Shown here: positions 12,702-26,549 of the stretch, one piece after another | How positions within the stretch are numbered: position 1 is the first letter of the stretch | How the letters are laid out: the number at the start of each line of letters is the position of its first letter | Assembly (NCBI GenBank): GCA_951406725.2 | Contig: OX597824.1 | Coordinates: 29,264,001-29,328,000, forward strand | Direction of reading: 5' to 3' | From: Octopus vulgaris | Taxonomy: Eukaryota | Length of the DNA stretch: 64,000 bases | Position numbers and translations under genes: made by a program | The notes under the pieces: model-generated | Seen by the model: only the letters and a program-made list of their open reading frames with translations | The model's database searches: none | Told to the model about the DNA's origin: nothing

Positions 12702-12962
12702 ACGCATACAGACAAACATACAAAGGGAAAATTCTCCTGAAGATGTTTAGTTATGTATCAGGACATGGCTTGACGAAATCCAAAATGGCCGCTATCTATA
12801 TAACCTGAATTTCAAAGAGCTGACAAGGAGCCTGAGTGTGGTCGTTGAACCGAATTCAGTCTTTTATAATTTATTTTTATATATTATGCTGGTTTCAGCC
12901 AGAGGTTGAGGTCATGCTGGAGCACCGCCTTTCAGTGTGTTTGGGTTTCTTTTCTGTCTCTT

Positions 12963-13122
12963 TCTACTGAAATAGCGAGTTGGACCGAGCTGCTCTTTGT
13001 AGTGCCTTCTACCACGATCTGGGTTCATCTGGTATCTCACACAGAAATTTGTCCAGATGCTCTTTGAAGACCTCCACATCTACACCTCACAAATCTCTGA
13101 GGTTATTTAGCAGCATGTTGAA
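12963..13122 (-). mobile_element. CR1-group LINE 3'-terminal fragment
   Basis: Translates FNMLLNNLRDL*GVDVEVFKEHLDKFLCEIPDEP...RAARSNSL, the FK..LD.FL..(V/I)PD end of CR1-like ORF2; homologous to the 16310 fragment. Confidence 0.75.
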
Positions 13123-13123
13123 C

Positions 13124-13284
13124 TGCGCAGACGCGGCTGTGTGGTAAGAAACTTGCTTCCCAACCACATTGTTCCGGATTCAGTCCCACTTCGTGGCACC
13201 AAGGGCAAGTGTCTTCAACTATAGCCACGGGACGAACAAAAGCTTGTGAGTGGATTTCGTAGACGGAAACTGGAAGAAGCTCGT

Positions 13285-13326
<42 letters not shown>

Positions 13327-13560
13327 TGTATGTATGTATGTATGTGTGTGTGTGTATTTGCGTGTCTCTGTTTGTCCCCCACGATCGATTGCCAACCAAT
13401 GTTGGCGTGTTTACGTCCTGTAACACAGAGGCTCGGCAAAAGTGACCTGTAAAATAGGTACTAGGATTACAAAATAATAAGTCCTGGGGTCGATTTGTTC
13501 GACGAAAGGCGATGCTCCAGCATGACCTCATGACTGAAACAAGTAAAAAAGAGATAAAAG
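13124..13560 (+). mobile_element. SINE B, full length, moderately diverged
   Basis: tRNA head GGCTGTGTGGTAAG...GGATTCAGTCCC, CORE-like GGGCAAGTGTCTTC, internal (TA)n(TG)n, tail GACTGAAACAAGTAAAA. Confidence 0.88.
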
Positions 13561-13679
13561 GAAAACAGCTGTGCTCCCATCAAACTGGTTGCGGTACTGG
13601 TTCCTTATTCAAAGCTGTTGCGGTACTGGTTCCTTATTCTTGACGGAGAAGACAGAATCTTTGTGTTCGTTTGTCTTTT

Positions 13680-13994
13680 ATCTCTTGCCTGTTTCAGTCT
13701 TAAGGCTACGGCCATGCTGGGGCACCGCCTTGATAAAATTTTTGTCGAATGAATCGACTCCAGTGCTTATCTTTTTTTAACTCTGACATTTATTCTATTA
13801 GTCGCTTTCACCGAGCCACCAAGTTACGGGGCTGTAAAAACACCAACACCGGTTGGCGAGGGTTTGTGGGGAACAAACATAGACACAAAGACACATATGC
13901 ACACACACACACACCACACACACACACATACACACACACTCGCGCATTCACACACATAGCTAGCTAGTTATCTAAGAATCTAAGAAGCTAGATG

Positions 13995-14070
<76 letters not shown>

Positions 14071-14228
14071 TACGACAGGTTTTTTTAGTTTCCATCTACC
14101 AGACTCACAAGGCTTTAGTCGGGCCGGTACTACAGTAAAAGTCACTCGTCCAAGGTGCCACGCAGTGGGACTGAACCCGGAACCATGTAGTTGGGAAGCA
14201 AACTACTAACCACACAGCCACGCCTGCC
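13680..14228 (-). mobile_element. SINE B with internal (GATA)n/(CA)n expansion
   Basis: Tail 13680-13890, microsatellites, head 14072-14228. Inverted relative to the 13124 copy. Confidence 0.85.
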
Positions 14229-14380
14229 AATATTTCTGCAACATCGCCCGATATTGTAACTGCTATAAGGCAACAAATTTTTTCAAACTTAACATATTCA
14301 CAGATTTGCCCCATCTCTAAATTCTACGGGCCTTCTTTCTATAAGGCTGTAGTATTTCAGGCATCAAGCATTATTAACTA

Positions 14381-14521
14381 TAAAGTTGTCCCAAAAGTTC
14401 GTAGAAATTCTTGGAAAATAATGGTCTTTATTTTGAGGAATAATTTTTGTTGTTTTTGTTAGTACTTGGCGAGTAAAAATTCAATTTTCGCAAGTGTTTA
14501 CGAATTTTTGGGACAACCTAA
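14381..14521. mobile_element. Tc1/mariner-type MITE
   Basis: TIRs GTTGTCCCAAAAGTTCGTA (14385-14403) and TACGAATTTTTGGGACAAC (14499-14517), flanked by TA dinucleotides. Confidence 0.75.
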
Positions 14522-14834
14522 TATTTGCATTTCTTTAAACATTTTTCTTAACGCTGGTTCCCAGGTGTCCAAGGCGTATGTGTGTCCAATATCACATTCC
14601 TCTGAAAGAGAAGCTTTTCTGTTATATTTGTCTCTTATATTTTCCACGTGTTGGAAAATATGCGCATATTTAAACTTGGGACTACAGATCAAAATAACCT
14701 TCATCCTACATCCACTTCGCGGCAGAATTATCAACTAAGAAATCTACTATAATGTAAGACTCAACATTCTTTGTCCATATTCTCGTTACCAATGTATCCT
14801 TATGTCTTTCGCTCTTCATACCTCTACGTATACC

Positions 14835-15066
14835 TATTTCTTTACTACCCACAAGGGGCTAAACACAGAAGGGACAAACAAGGACAGACAAACGGATTAA
14901 GTCGATTATATTGACCCCAGTGCGTAACTGGTACTTATTTAATCGACCCCGAAAGGATGAAAGGCAAAGTCGACCTCGGTGGAATTTGAACTCAGAACGT
15001 AACGGCAGACGAAATACGGCTACGCATTTCGTCCGGCGTGCTAACGTTTCTGCCAGCTCGCCGCCT
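14835..15066 (-). mobile_element. Young SINE A monomer with perfect 16-bp TSD
   Basis: TACCTCTACGTATACC at 14819-14834 and 15067-15082. Confidence 0.95.
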
Positions 15067-15387
15067 TACCTCTACGTATACCACTGCATTCTGATGATGT
15101 CTACCACTACAACTGGTAAACAGAAACGATCGAAAATGTACTATTACTACCAATTTTCTTTCTTAATTAATTAAATTAATGGCTTACGAGCGCAAACGAC
15201 CAACGTCCTCCTGTTATTTTTCCTCCATTTTCTTCTTGCATATAATCTAAACTACGATTTCCCTGACCTGCTACCGTATACCTTTTACCAAGGACTGTAC
15301 CTACGCAGGTAATCACCAGGAACGCCTTTGGATTTAACCATCCCTTAGATGTTTTAGACACCTCTTATACATATATATATATATATA

Positions 15388-15520
15388 TCCGACGAAGAGC
15401 TCCGCTCGAGACGTTAAACCCTCCTTCTTTCCTTCTTTTCTGAGCGTCCAATAATACTATATTTGTTCCACGTCCTCGCGTTGTTGTTTTTTTTTGTGCT
15501 TTCTTGTTTGGATTAACTTT
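15388..15520 (+). mobile_element. (TA)n-embedded mini-element with minimal hammerhead motif, 5'-truncated; likely Penelope pLTR-derived
   Basis: CCGACGA-A-GAGC(TCC)GCTC-GAGA-CG-TT-AAAC; homologous to 43051-43260 (-) and 50731-50790 (-). Confidence 0.7.
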
Positions 15521-15544
15521 ATATATATTCTTTTATTCTTTTCT

Positions 15545-15945
15545 TTTATTCTTTTACTTGTTTCAGTCATTTGACTGCGGCCATGCTGGAGCACCGCCTT
15601 TAATCGAGCAACTCGACCCCGGGACTTATTCTTTTGTAAGCCCAGTACTTATTCTATCGGTCTCTTTTGCTGAACCGCTAAGTAACAGGGACATAAACAC
15701 ACCAGCATCGGTTGTCAAGCAATGCTAGGAGGACAAACACAGACACAAGCAAACACACGCATATATATATATACATATATACGACGGGCTTCTTTCAGTT
15801 TCCGTCTACCAAATCCACTCACAAGGCTTTGGTCGGCCCGAGGCTATAGTAGAAGACACTTGCCCAAGGTGCCACGCAGTGGGACTGAACCCGCAACCAT
15901 GTGGTTGGTAAACAAGCTACTTACCACACAGCCACTCCTGCGCCT
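15545..15945 (-). mobile_element. SINE B, full length, young
   Basis: Close match to the 38465 and 63425 copies. Confidence 0.92.
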
Positions 15946-16161
15946 ATATATATATATACAAAGATCCTGTCTTCTTCATCAAGAATAAGGAGCCAGTACT
16001 GCAACAGCTTCTTTTAGTTTCATGGGACCACAGCTTTTATCTTTTTCCTTTTTTTTACTTGTTTCAGTCATTTCGACTGCGGCCATGCTGGACCATCGTG
16101 TTTCATCGAACAAATCGACCCCAGGACTTATTCTTTGTAATCCTAGTACCTATTTAATCCG

Positions 16162-16205
<44 letters not shown>

Positions 16206-16309
16206 ATTTTGATTTTGATTTTTCCAGTTTCAGCTTATGAGCTGTGGTCATGCTGGGGCACCGCCATTTGGTGTTGCTACTTGGTTTCACTTCATGGAGG
16301 CCTTCTAGC

Positions 16310-16442
16310 AGCTGCTATTTGGTGCATGAGAGAGTTCGATGCAGCTGCCCTCATCTGCCCCTCCTGCCGTGAAGTTGGTTCATCTGGGACACCTGACAGG
16401 AAGAGATCCAGCTTCATTTTAAAGACATCTGTATCCACCCCA
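16310..16442 (-). mobile_element. CR1-group LINE 3'-terminal fragment
   Basis: GVDTDVFKMKLDLFLSGVPDEPTSRQEGQMRAAASNSLMHQ. Confidence 0.78.
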
Positions 16443-16514
16443 TATATATATATATATGTATATATATATATGTATATATATATATATAATATATATATAT
16501 GTTCTTTTCTTTTT

Positions 16515-16900
16515 TTCCTTATTTGAGTCATTTGTCTGTAGTCATCTTGGAGCACCGTTGTAAATGATGTCTCAGTCAAAGAAATCAAACTCAGGTCTTA
16601 TTCTTTGTATGCATATCGGTTTTCTTTGCCGAACCACTAAGTTACAGGTACATTAAACACACCAACATCGTTTGTCAACCGATGGTGGGGTAACAAACAG
16701 AGACTCGCATACATAAATATACGCATACATATATATACATACAAGGAGCTTCTCTCAGTTTCCGCCTGCCAAATCCACTCACAAGGCTCTCGGTCAGCCC
16801 GAGGCTATAGTTGAAGACACTTGCCCAAGGTGCTCCGTCGTGGGACTGAACCGGGAACCATGTGGTTTGGAAGCAAATTTCTTATCACACAGCCACGCTT
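16515..16900 (-). mobile_element. SINE B, diverged
   Basis: Tail and head motifs as in the other B copies. Confidence 0.85.
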
Positions 16901-17273
16901 ACTTCTACTTATTAAGCCTTGGGTATTTACCTAGTACTTAGCCGGTGAAGCACGTTTACCGCTAATGGCTACTTGACGTCATCTACGGCATTTTCACAGT
17001 TGGCGCTGGATCTATCACAGAAATTCTCCATTGTACGTCGAGTATATAACAAATAACAGAATGAAAATGGAACATACGAGAAACTTTATTGCTCACAACG
17101 ATCGTTTTGCCCCAACTTGAATCGATCCCTCACAGCTGGGAAACTGTGCAACTGGTTGTGATGCATCCCTACGTGCAGAGGTGTTAACCTTTGTACAAGA
17201 ATGGTGCATCTGTATCTTCACCAGCTAACAATTAGGTACATACCCAATGCTTAAATAATTACTTACACACACG

Positions 17274-17362
<89 letters not shown>

Positions 17363-18149
17363 CAATGGCGGATTTTTAGAGAGATTCTGTGTAGAAAATT
17401 CACTCGCAAGATAATTTCCCAAGCTACCGTGCAATGAGCTTGAACCCGAAAGCAAGTGTTGGCAAAACGAGCTTCTTAACCACACATCCATGCTTGTACT
17501 GAGTGAAAATATTTTTACAAGAGCCTACAATACCTGACGCTAATCAGACGAGACAAGTAAGCAAGACAGCCAGTCGTGTGTTTGGCACCGAATCTACTAG
17601 CAAATAGCTTAAGTACATAATAATTTCACTAAAACTATTAGCTGAGTCATACTTAACAAACAGCTCGCGTTAAACACATTTATCTACAGCTATGTTCACT
17701 CCAAATTTCAATAGTAGGTTTACTGTAATTTTTGAGACATCATACAAATAATATCATAAGATATATTATTTAATCTCCGTCTAGATTTTATTTTCAAAGT
17801 CAAGTAACCTAAATAAAGTTTTATTATTTGTCGGTGATATGTTAAATCTTGATTTATTTTGTCTCTTTGTAATGTTTAATTTTATATATCTTGGAGAATT
17901 TACGTATTTTCTTAACGTCTTTCTTCATATTTTCGGCCTTTGTAACACCAATGTTTTGACTGTGGCGGGTCAAATAATATAATACATTTAGGTTTTTGGT
18001 GTCTGATTGTGTCAATGAAATGTTACGGGTGGAAATATAATCAATATTGCCAAAACAAAAGACGCCTGAAGCCAAAATGGCACTCAATTCGTGTCTGATT
18101 TCATATTTTTCTTGAGATATTAACTGTTTTCATTATATAAAGCATTAGG

Positions 18150-18609
18150 TACGTACCTATGTATGTACATACGTGTTTATGTATGTATGTATGTATGTAC
18201 GTATGCATTTATGTATGTATGTATGTAGGTAGGTAGGTAAGTGTGTATTCATGTATGTATGCATCTATATACAAGGCTACATATGTGTGTATATCTGCCT
18301 GTATATATTTGGTTCCCTCTCCCTCATTCTATCCCCCTCTCTCTATCTACCTATCTATCTACCTCTCTATCTTTCTATCTTATATATATCCAGACATACA
18401 CACATATATATACACAGATATACCTATATACATACACATATATATTTATTTACATACACACACACATATATGTATATATGAAGAGAGAAAGAGAGAGAGA
18501 GAGAGATGTAGATATGTTTATATATATAAATGTATACATATATGCATACATTTATACATACATATATATAAAATGCACACACATTTATATATACATTATA
18601 TACGTGTAT

Positions 18610-18650
<41 letters not shown>

Positions 18651-18733
18651 CATATATATATATATATATACACAAACATATATATATATATATATATACA
18701 CACATATGCATATATATGCACACACTCATATAC

Positions 18734-18764
<31 letters not shown>

Positions 18765-18830
18765 TGTATATATGTATGTATGTATGTATGTATGTGTGTA
18801 TGTATGTATGTATGTATTGCGTTCTTGTAT
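18150..18830. repeat. Compound microsatellite block (TATG, TA, GA)
   Basis: Direct reading. Confidence 0.9.
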
Positions 18831-19339
18831 GCACAATATATTTGTTCGTTTGTGCCTACATATGTATATACATAGTTTCGTTCTAATGACATTCACAGTC
18901 TGTCTATATCTTATTATTTCAGGAAAGTTTTTAAGTTAGAAGGCCGTTTTGATGATTGTTTTAGACATTAGGAATTTCGATTGGAGTTGTGTATATAAAT
19001 TAGTCTACACTTTCATGCAAGCATCAGCAGAATATATTTGTGTTTTTAGGACCGATAGTTGCTTGTATTGAATACTAATATTTACAGAATGATAAATCTT
19101 GAAAAGAGCTACTGAATTGATGCTAAGAACAAAATGAAAGGAAAGACGATGTAATCATAACATCTGTGTTTCTAATCCAAACGTATGAAAACATGACCCA
19201 TGTGTGATGAACTGGAATAACGATATTGAGTTCTATGTAGTTCAGGGTGGGTATTTGGAGTGAAATATGGAAGTGTATCAAGAAATAGTGTTTCAAATTT
19301 TGGACTGGAACAATTACAGCTTCTTTGAATGGAGGTAGC

Positions 19340-22300
19340 AAATCGATTTTCCATCGAACCCTTTCTATTACTTAACTGCTACTTATTTTATCGACCCCGA
19401 AAGGATGAAAGGTAAAGTCGACCAAAGCGGAATTTTAATCCAGAATGTAAAGACGAACGAAATGTTATTAAGCATTTTGTTCGATGTGTTATAGATTCTG
19501 CCAGCTTACCCACATCCAAAATACCAAGCAACATCAAACACTGAAATAAGGTAGCGAGCTGGCAGAATCATTAGCACGCCAGGTAAAATGCTTAGCGGTA
19601 TTTTGACCGTTTTTATGTTCCGAGTTCAAATTTCACCGAGGTCTACTTTATTTTTTTAATCCTTTCAGAATCGATCAAATAAGTACTAGTTGAGCGCTAG
19701 GATCGATGTAATTGATATAGCCCTCCCCCGAAGTTGTTGGTCTTGTGCCAAATTTGAAATCAATATGAAATATTGAAATATTGGTTTCAAACTTTGGCAC
19801 AAGCCCATCATTTGTGGGGAAGAAGTGAGTAGACCTTAGTGCATAAATGGTACTTATTTTATTGACCCGGCAAATATAAGGAGCAAAGTCGATCTCGGCG
19901 TAATATGAACTCAGAATGTAAAGACGGACGAAATACCGCTAACGAATTTGCCAACTTGCTGCCTTAAAACATTGACATATTAATGAGTAGTATGTACGAA
20001 TATCTAACAGAAATTCATATTTGCGGTGAAGTAGACGATTAGTAAGGTAGTGAAATTGTAGAATCTTTGACCGATCACAAAGGAAAAATGCAGTATTCTG
20101 TTCTGCTTTTTACGTTCAAAATTCATCGAAGTGAACCTTGACTTTCATTCCTTCGGGTTGTTAAAATAAAGAACCTGTCAAATCCTAGAGTCAATGTAAA
20201 CGACTAAGTTCCTTCTCTTTAAAATGCTGGTCTTGAATCCCGCAATCGAAAAGCACCTCATTCAGGGAGGATGTTGCAATCTCAGTCACTTCTGCAGAGG
20301 GAGAACTGTGATCTAGATCACCTACCCGCCATGGGAGCAACGTAACCGAGCTTATTCATACGAATACTAGAGCTCGAGGAGAAATAAAAAATAGTAAGCT
20401 ATTACTTTAAAATACTGCTGTTGTTGTTCTTGATGTTTAGCTAAGATTGTGGGTTCAAATACCGCCGAGGTCGACTTTGCCTTTCATCTTCTAGGAGTTG
20501 ATTAAATAAGTACCAGTTGGACAACGGGGTCAATGTAATCGACATACCCACTTCCCAAAATTTTTTGGCCTTGTGCAAAAAATTTGAAATCAATATTTAG
20601 CTAAGATTAAGGCGATGAGCGTACAGAATCCTTAGGACGCCAGGCGAAGTGCTTGGCGGCATTTCGTCCGTCTTTACGTTCTAAGTTCAAATTCCGGTGT
20701 GTTCAGCTTTGACTTTCATGCTTCCGTGGTCGATAAATAAGTACCAGCTGAGCACTTGGTCGGTGTAATCGACTTACCCGGCCACCCGGAATTGCTGGTC
20801 TTATGCCAAAATTTGAAACCAAAGCTCGCAGAATCGTTAGCACGCCGGATAAAATGCTTATCAGCATTTCATTCGACTTTGCCTTCTGAGTTCACATTCT
20901 CCCGTCGACTTTGCTATTCATCCATTCGGAGTCGATAAATACGCGCCAACTGAACACTGGGGTCGATTTATTCGACGCACCCTTTCACCAAAGTTACTGG
21001 TCTTATGCCAAAATTTGAAACTAATATTATGATCTATGCCATTGGTTCCCAACTATTTCAAAATGGTTCCCAAAATGGGTTCCCAACCCATTTATTTCAA
21101 TGAGCTTTCCCACGGTCCCCTTTCAATATGCTTATCCCTTTATATATATATATATATATTTGAAATTTTGAATTTAGTTCACGCCCCCCCGCCTCCCAGT
21201 ACTACTAGCGGGATCGTTACAGCACCGGACAAAATGCTTAGCGGTATTTCGTCCGTCTTTAGGTTTCTATGTTCAAATTCAGCCGCGGTCAACTTTGACT
21301 TTCATCTTTTCGGTGTCGATAACATAAGTACCAGTTAAATACTGAGGTCAATGAAATTGATTAGCTTTCACCTTCAAATTGCTCCCTTGTGACAAAATTT
21401 AAAATTTAATATTTATCCAAGTTTAAGCGGATTTATAACCGAAAGCTTTCCAAATTTATACTTCTGGTCTTATAAGACAGTTTAATTGAAGGGATATTTG
21501 GCTTATATTTCTAGCATGTTAAACGACTACATTAATCTTTTCAGACTTCGGTACAAACCAGAAATATCTTAGTATGTATGTACAATATCTTTTATCTACG
21601 ATTGTATATAAAGATTTACGGAGATGTACTCGCATAGCAAGTGATTTGATCTGAGATCGTGTGCTGGAACGAAAACAATTGCAGCGTGGAAGGTGTTTGT
21701 AAGCCATTTAAGAAACACACAAAAGCCGTTCGATTCACTTCAGCATTTAAGTTTAATTTATCAAAATATTTTCGTCGCTAAAATCCGCGATCTGTTCACT
21801 GACAAAAATCCGTGCTAAGAATTTACACAATAATTCTGTCAGTCGACATGTTATTATTAAATTAATTACCCACCAACACCATTGCCACAATTATAATCAA
21901 GATAACAACAATAATCCTTTCTGCTATAGGTATAGGTTCTGAAAATTTCTGAGAAGGGGTCTAGTAGGTTACATTGATCTCAGTACTCAAATGGTTTCTA
22001 TTTCATATTTCATCGATCCCTGAAATGATGAAAGTAGAGTCAACATGACCTCGGCGGAATTTGAACTCAGAATGTAAAGATGGACAAAATACCGCTCAGC
22101 ATTTCATCCGGCGTCGCTCGACGCCTTAGGCAACAATTATATCATTTCTAATATAGTCACAAGGTCTGAAATATTAGTGGTGAGGCCTAATCAATGACTT
22201 AGACCTCGGTACCCAACTGATTTTTATTTCCTATTTTATCGACCCGGAAAAGATGAAAGGCAAAGCCGACCTCGGCGGAATTTCAACTTAGAACGTAATG

Positions 22301-22830
22301 ACGGACAAAATGCCACGAAGCATTTTGTCCGGTGTCTTAACCATTCTACCAGCTCACCACCTTAAACAAAAATAATATCGGTTTCAAATTAAATAACAAT
22401 AATGTCCTTTCTATTATAGACACAAGGAATGGAATTTCTTGGAGTAAGGGTTTGTCAACCCCGGTGCTCAGCAGGTATTTCCACTATCAACTTCGGAAGA
22501 ATGTAAAGCAAAATCGAACTTGATGGAATTTGAGCTACAGTATAAAGACGGACCAAACGCTTCTAAGAATTTCGTCCGGTTTATTAGCGATTCTACCATC
22601 TCGCCACCTTAAATGACAGTAGTATCGGCTTCAAATTTTGGCGCAAGACCAGCAATTTTGGGTGGCAGTTAAATCTGTTATATCGACTCCAGTACTCAGT
22701 TGGTACTCATTTAATCGACCCTTAAATGATGAAAGTGAAAGTCGACCTCGGCGGAATTTTAACTCGAACGCAAAAGTACTGGAGTCGACATACTAGAGTT
22801 AACTCTCACCCAAAATTGCTGGAATTATCC
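19340..22830. mobile_element. Dense cluster of >10 diverged SINE A copies and fragments in both orientations
   Basis: Repeated GTTCAAAT..GCCGAGGTCGACTT or its reverse complement, with tails CTTGTGCCAAAATTTGAAA, at ~19400, 19550, 19860, 20100, 20450, 20610, 20825, 21210, 22020, 22240, 22500 and 22710. Confidence 0.85.
21757..21806 (-). ncRNA. Candidate type I hammerhead ribozyme with G3-C8 core
   Basis: On the - strand: UUUGUCA-GUGAACA-GA-UCGC(GGAUUUUA)GCGAC-GAAA-AUAU-UU-UGAUAAA. Stem I 7 bp, stem II UCGC/GCGA, palindromic AAAUAUUU in place of stem III. Confidence 0.6.
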
Positions 22831-23894
22831 AATAATTTTTTTTTTTTTTTTGCTAGTTTATTTTGTCTCTTGTCTTCTCTACTGGTGCTGTATGAACATT
22901 TAATGTGGTTTTTAGAGTCAAATTTGGGCTGCTAATTCCAGTGCGGTGGTATCTCTTAGATACCCTAAATTATAATTTTAATATATATATATATATCTAC
23001 ATACATACATTCATACACATACATACATACATACATACATACATACATACATACATACATACATACATACATACGTGTGTGTGCGTGCGTGCGCGCGCTC
23101 TTGCGCCTCTTTTTGAGTGAGAGTAATGTTTCGACAGATTTACACCAGTGACTGCTGTTCTTTTCCCTTCACCATTCCTCGTAGACTTACAACAAAAGCT
23201 CCTGTCACGCTCTTTCTAGCTCTTCGTCCTCTCGCTCAATTATTTATCATCAACCACTTCCTCTCATCTTTAGCCCTTTCTCTGTCCTACTCCACCTATC
23301 TCTGTATCTGTCTGTCTGTCTGTCTGTCTGTCTGTATGTCTCTCTCTCTAAATACCTGTTTCATTAAATATCTATTTGTCTGTCTGTCTCTTTGTCTCTC
23401 AATCTTTCTGTCTGTCTGTCTGTTTGTCACTCTGAATTTCTTATGTTCTTTCTATATAATACCATTTTTTTTCTTCTCCTCATCATCGTTTCCAAAGCAT
23501 TTCCTATCTTACTTCTTTTCTGTCTGCGTCTCTCTCTCTCTTTCTCTCTCCCCACATCCCCCCTTTCTCTGTCTCTGTCTCACTCTCTCTCCCCTCTCAC
23601 TCCCCTTCTCTCTCATCTTTTCTCCCTCTTTCTCAGGGTCTTCCTCTCGTGATGTCCGTCCCCGTATATCTATTCTTTTCTTTCGCCGTCTTTTCTCCAT
23701 TATCAGCATTTCTATCTATCATCCATTATATCTACCTCTCATATACTCTATTAACAATATACTTCGTGTTTCGGCTGTTGTTTCAGCTATCTTTCAAAAT
23801 TATCATCATCATTGTCATCGTTGTCGTCGTCATCATCATCATTATCATCATCATTATTTTCCTTACCACCACGTTTTTCTTCTTCTCCCTCTCC

Positions 23895-23997
23895 CTCTTC
23901 TTCTTCTTCTTCTTCTTCTTCTTCTTCTTCTTCTTCTTCTTCTTCTTCTTCTTCTTCTTCTTCTTCTTCTTCTTCTTCTTCTTCTTCTTCTTCTTCT
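23895..23997. repeat. Long pure (CTT)n tract in a pyrimidine-rich zone
   Basis: Direct reading; yields the poly-L/F/S/E/R pseudo-ORFs. Confidence 0.97.
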
Positions 23998-24291
23998 TTC
24001 TTCTCCTCCCTCTTCTTCTCTATCTCCTTCTCCTTTCTTTTTTTGGTTTGTAATTTGTAAAACATTCTCTGCATTTTCTTCTGTTTTATTCACTTCACAT
24101 ATGATCATATACATACATACATACACAGATATATATACCTATATAATATATATATATATATTCTTTTGCTTTATTTTATTTTTATTTATCTCTATTTTAT
24201 TTAGCACACTTGCATTTATATACATACACATACATACATATATATATATTTAATTATTTATATATATATTTATTTATATTTATATATTTAT

Positions 24292-24328
<37 letters not shown>

Positions 24329-25659
24329 CATGTGATTGTTTACATACATATATATATATATTATATATTATATTTATACAAAAGCATGTGTATGTGTACA
24401 TACGCAAGCATGCGTATACTCATGCATACATACATGTATGAATGTAAAAGTATGCATGTATATTTTGGCACCCCCCCCCACCGCACCGATATTGGCTTTC
24501 GCAATTATTCTTTCCTACTTTTATATTCAACAAAGTTTTTAGCTTTGCTTAGTATTTTGGTCATTGGTTTAGAATAAACACATTTTCCCCTCTATCTTGC
24601 GATGATACGTCTTGTACTATCGTCTGGTTTTGTCTAGTATTTCCACCATTTCTATTTACCTTTATAATATTCTGTCATTCTCTCCTCTCTTTCTCTCGGT
24701 TTCTTTCTTTCTCTCTCTCTCTCTCTTTTTCTTTCTTCTTCCATCTATTTATCTTCCCCTGGCTGTTTCTTCTTTTCTTATACATCGGGTATTTATTAAC
24801 TGACGGCATAAAGAGAAGAAATAAGTTTATTTCCCTCTGGTGGGTTCCATTCTTATCGTTACTCCTTCGTAATTCTGAACAATATCGATTTAGAATCAAG
24901 AATATCGGAAGTTCTAGTTGCTATAATAACTAACAACAATGTAGAACTGTTCTGGATGAGCGCGAACACAATAAATGCTAAGGGACCTTGTCCACGAATA
25001 AGGAAGCGACAAAGGACATATAAAAACAAATACATCTATGAACAAACTACGTTATTGACAACTTCAGAATATTCTTATTTACATTTTTTTATGTTCTTTT
25101 ACCATTCTTTTCTTTGTTTCTTTCTTACATACTTTTCCCTTCTAAGAGCAGGCAATTAATTGTTAGTCAAAAATGTGAATTTATAACCACCAAGAGAAAG
25201 TAAAGAAAAGAATACGAAGATAGAAGAAAAAATAGAAAGGAAGGAAGAGACAGATATAACGTTTACGATTTATATTCTTTTTATTAAAAAAAAAAATTGG
25301 GATAAATAAATGAATAAATAAATAAATAAATGCATTGGAGTCTTCAAAAAAAGACTTCGTTCGTTTCATTTTGACGTTTTGTTAAGAATATCATTATTGC
25401 TTGCTTGAATTCGTCGATTGATTACCGATACATGGAAAATGATGACCGACCGCGTTATGTTTTCATTGGAGGAATACAGGTTTTTACTTGAGATGTCACA
25501 GCTCTTTACTGATGAAGGCAAACACTCGCGTAACACAACACAAAGACCAACAAATACACATATAACACTTGTATACAAAAGAAAAAAAAAAAAAAGGAAG
25601 GAAAAAAAAATAACGGATGATAAAACAAGCAGCTATGCAAACTAACAAATGAAATAATA

Positions 25660-25708
25660 ACGACAACATCGACAACAACAACAACAACAACAACAACAAC
25701 AGCAAACA

Positions 25709-25767
<59 letters not shown>

Positions 25768-26130
25768 AGTGTTAATTCATGTATGGAATGACACCTGTCA
25801 TTCAGTTCAAAGCCGTTTGTGAACAGTTTTACAGTTAGTTCCTGCTTTTAGATAAAAAAAAAAAAAAAGAACAAAATACCACACAGAAACACAGAGCAAA
25901 AAATAAAATAAAAAAGGAAAAAAAAAGACATATACAAAGGAGCGAAATACAGCAACAACACAAACAAATAACTACTACAGACACAAACAAAAAGGAAGGA
26001 AACAAAAATAAAAAAAAAAGGATAGGAAAACGAAATGTGTAGAAACTGTTTGGGTTCTGAAAGCTGTCAAAGGGAAATAATATCTCTCCCCATGATAAAC
26101 CATAGAGTAATGATGATAATAATAATAATG

Positions 26131-26188
<58 letters not shown>

Positions 26189-26193
26189 TGATG

Positions 26194-26243
<50 letters not shown>

Positions 26244-26504
26244 GATGATGATAATGATGATGATGATGATGATAATAATGGTAAAGATTTGGGGACTAAA
26301 GGGGGGGTAGCGTGGGGAGGGGGATCAGGAGTATAATAAATGGATATAACGCAGATTCTAAGAAAGTTTCAGTCGATTATATCATCATCATCATCATCGT
26401 CGTCGTCGTCGTCATCGTTCTAATATTTCCCCCTCTTCCTCCTCCATTTCCCTATCATCATCATCATCATTAATGTAAAGATACATATCAAAAATAATTG
26501 TACT

Positions 26505-26549
<45 letters not shown>

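Noticed and set aside
14498-14734. 78-aa non-repetitive ORF
   Set aside because: It runs into a MITE TIR and has no recognisable motif.
17085-17232. Hammerhead-like CTGGTGA...CAAAACGATCGTT on the - strand
   Set aside because: Two core positions are wrong and stem II cannot be defined; at best a heavily decayed remnant.
23117-24253. 378-aa ORF, the longest in the track
   Set aside because: It is open only because pyrimidine-rich and (CTT)n repeats lack stops; there is no domain-like sequence.
25495-25530. Resemblance to a miR-22/745-type sequence (and a miR-184-like stretch near 60620-60660)
   Set aside because: The seed and mature sequences do not match as recalled, and no precursor hairpin is evident.
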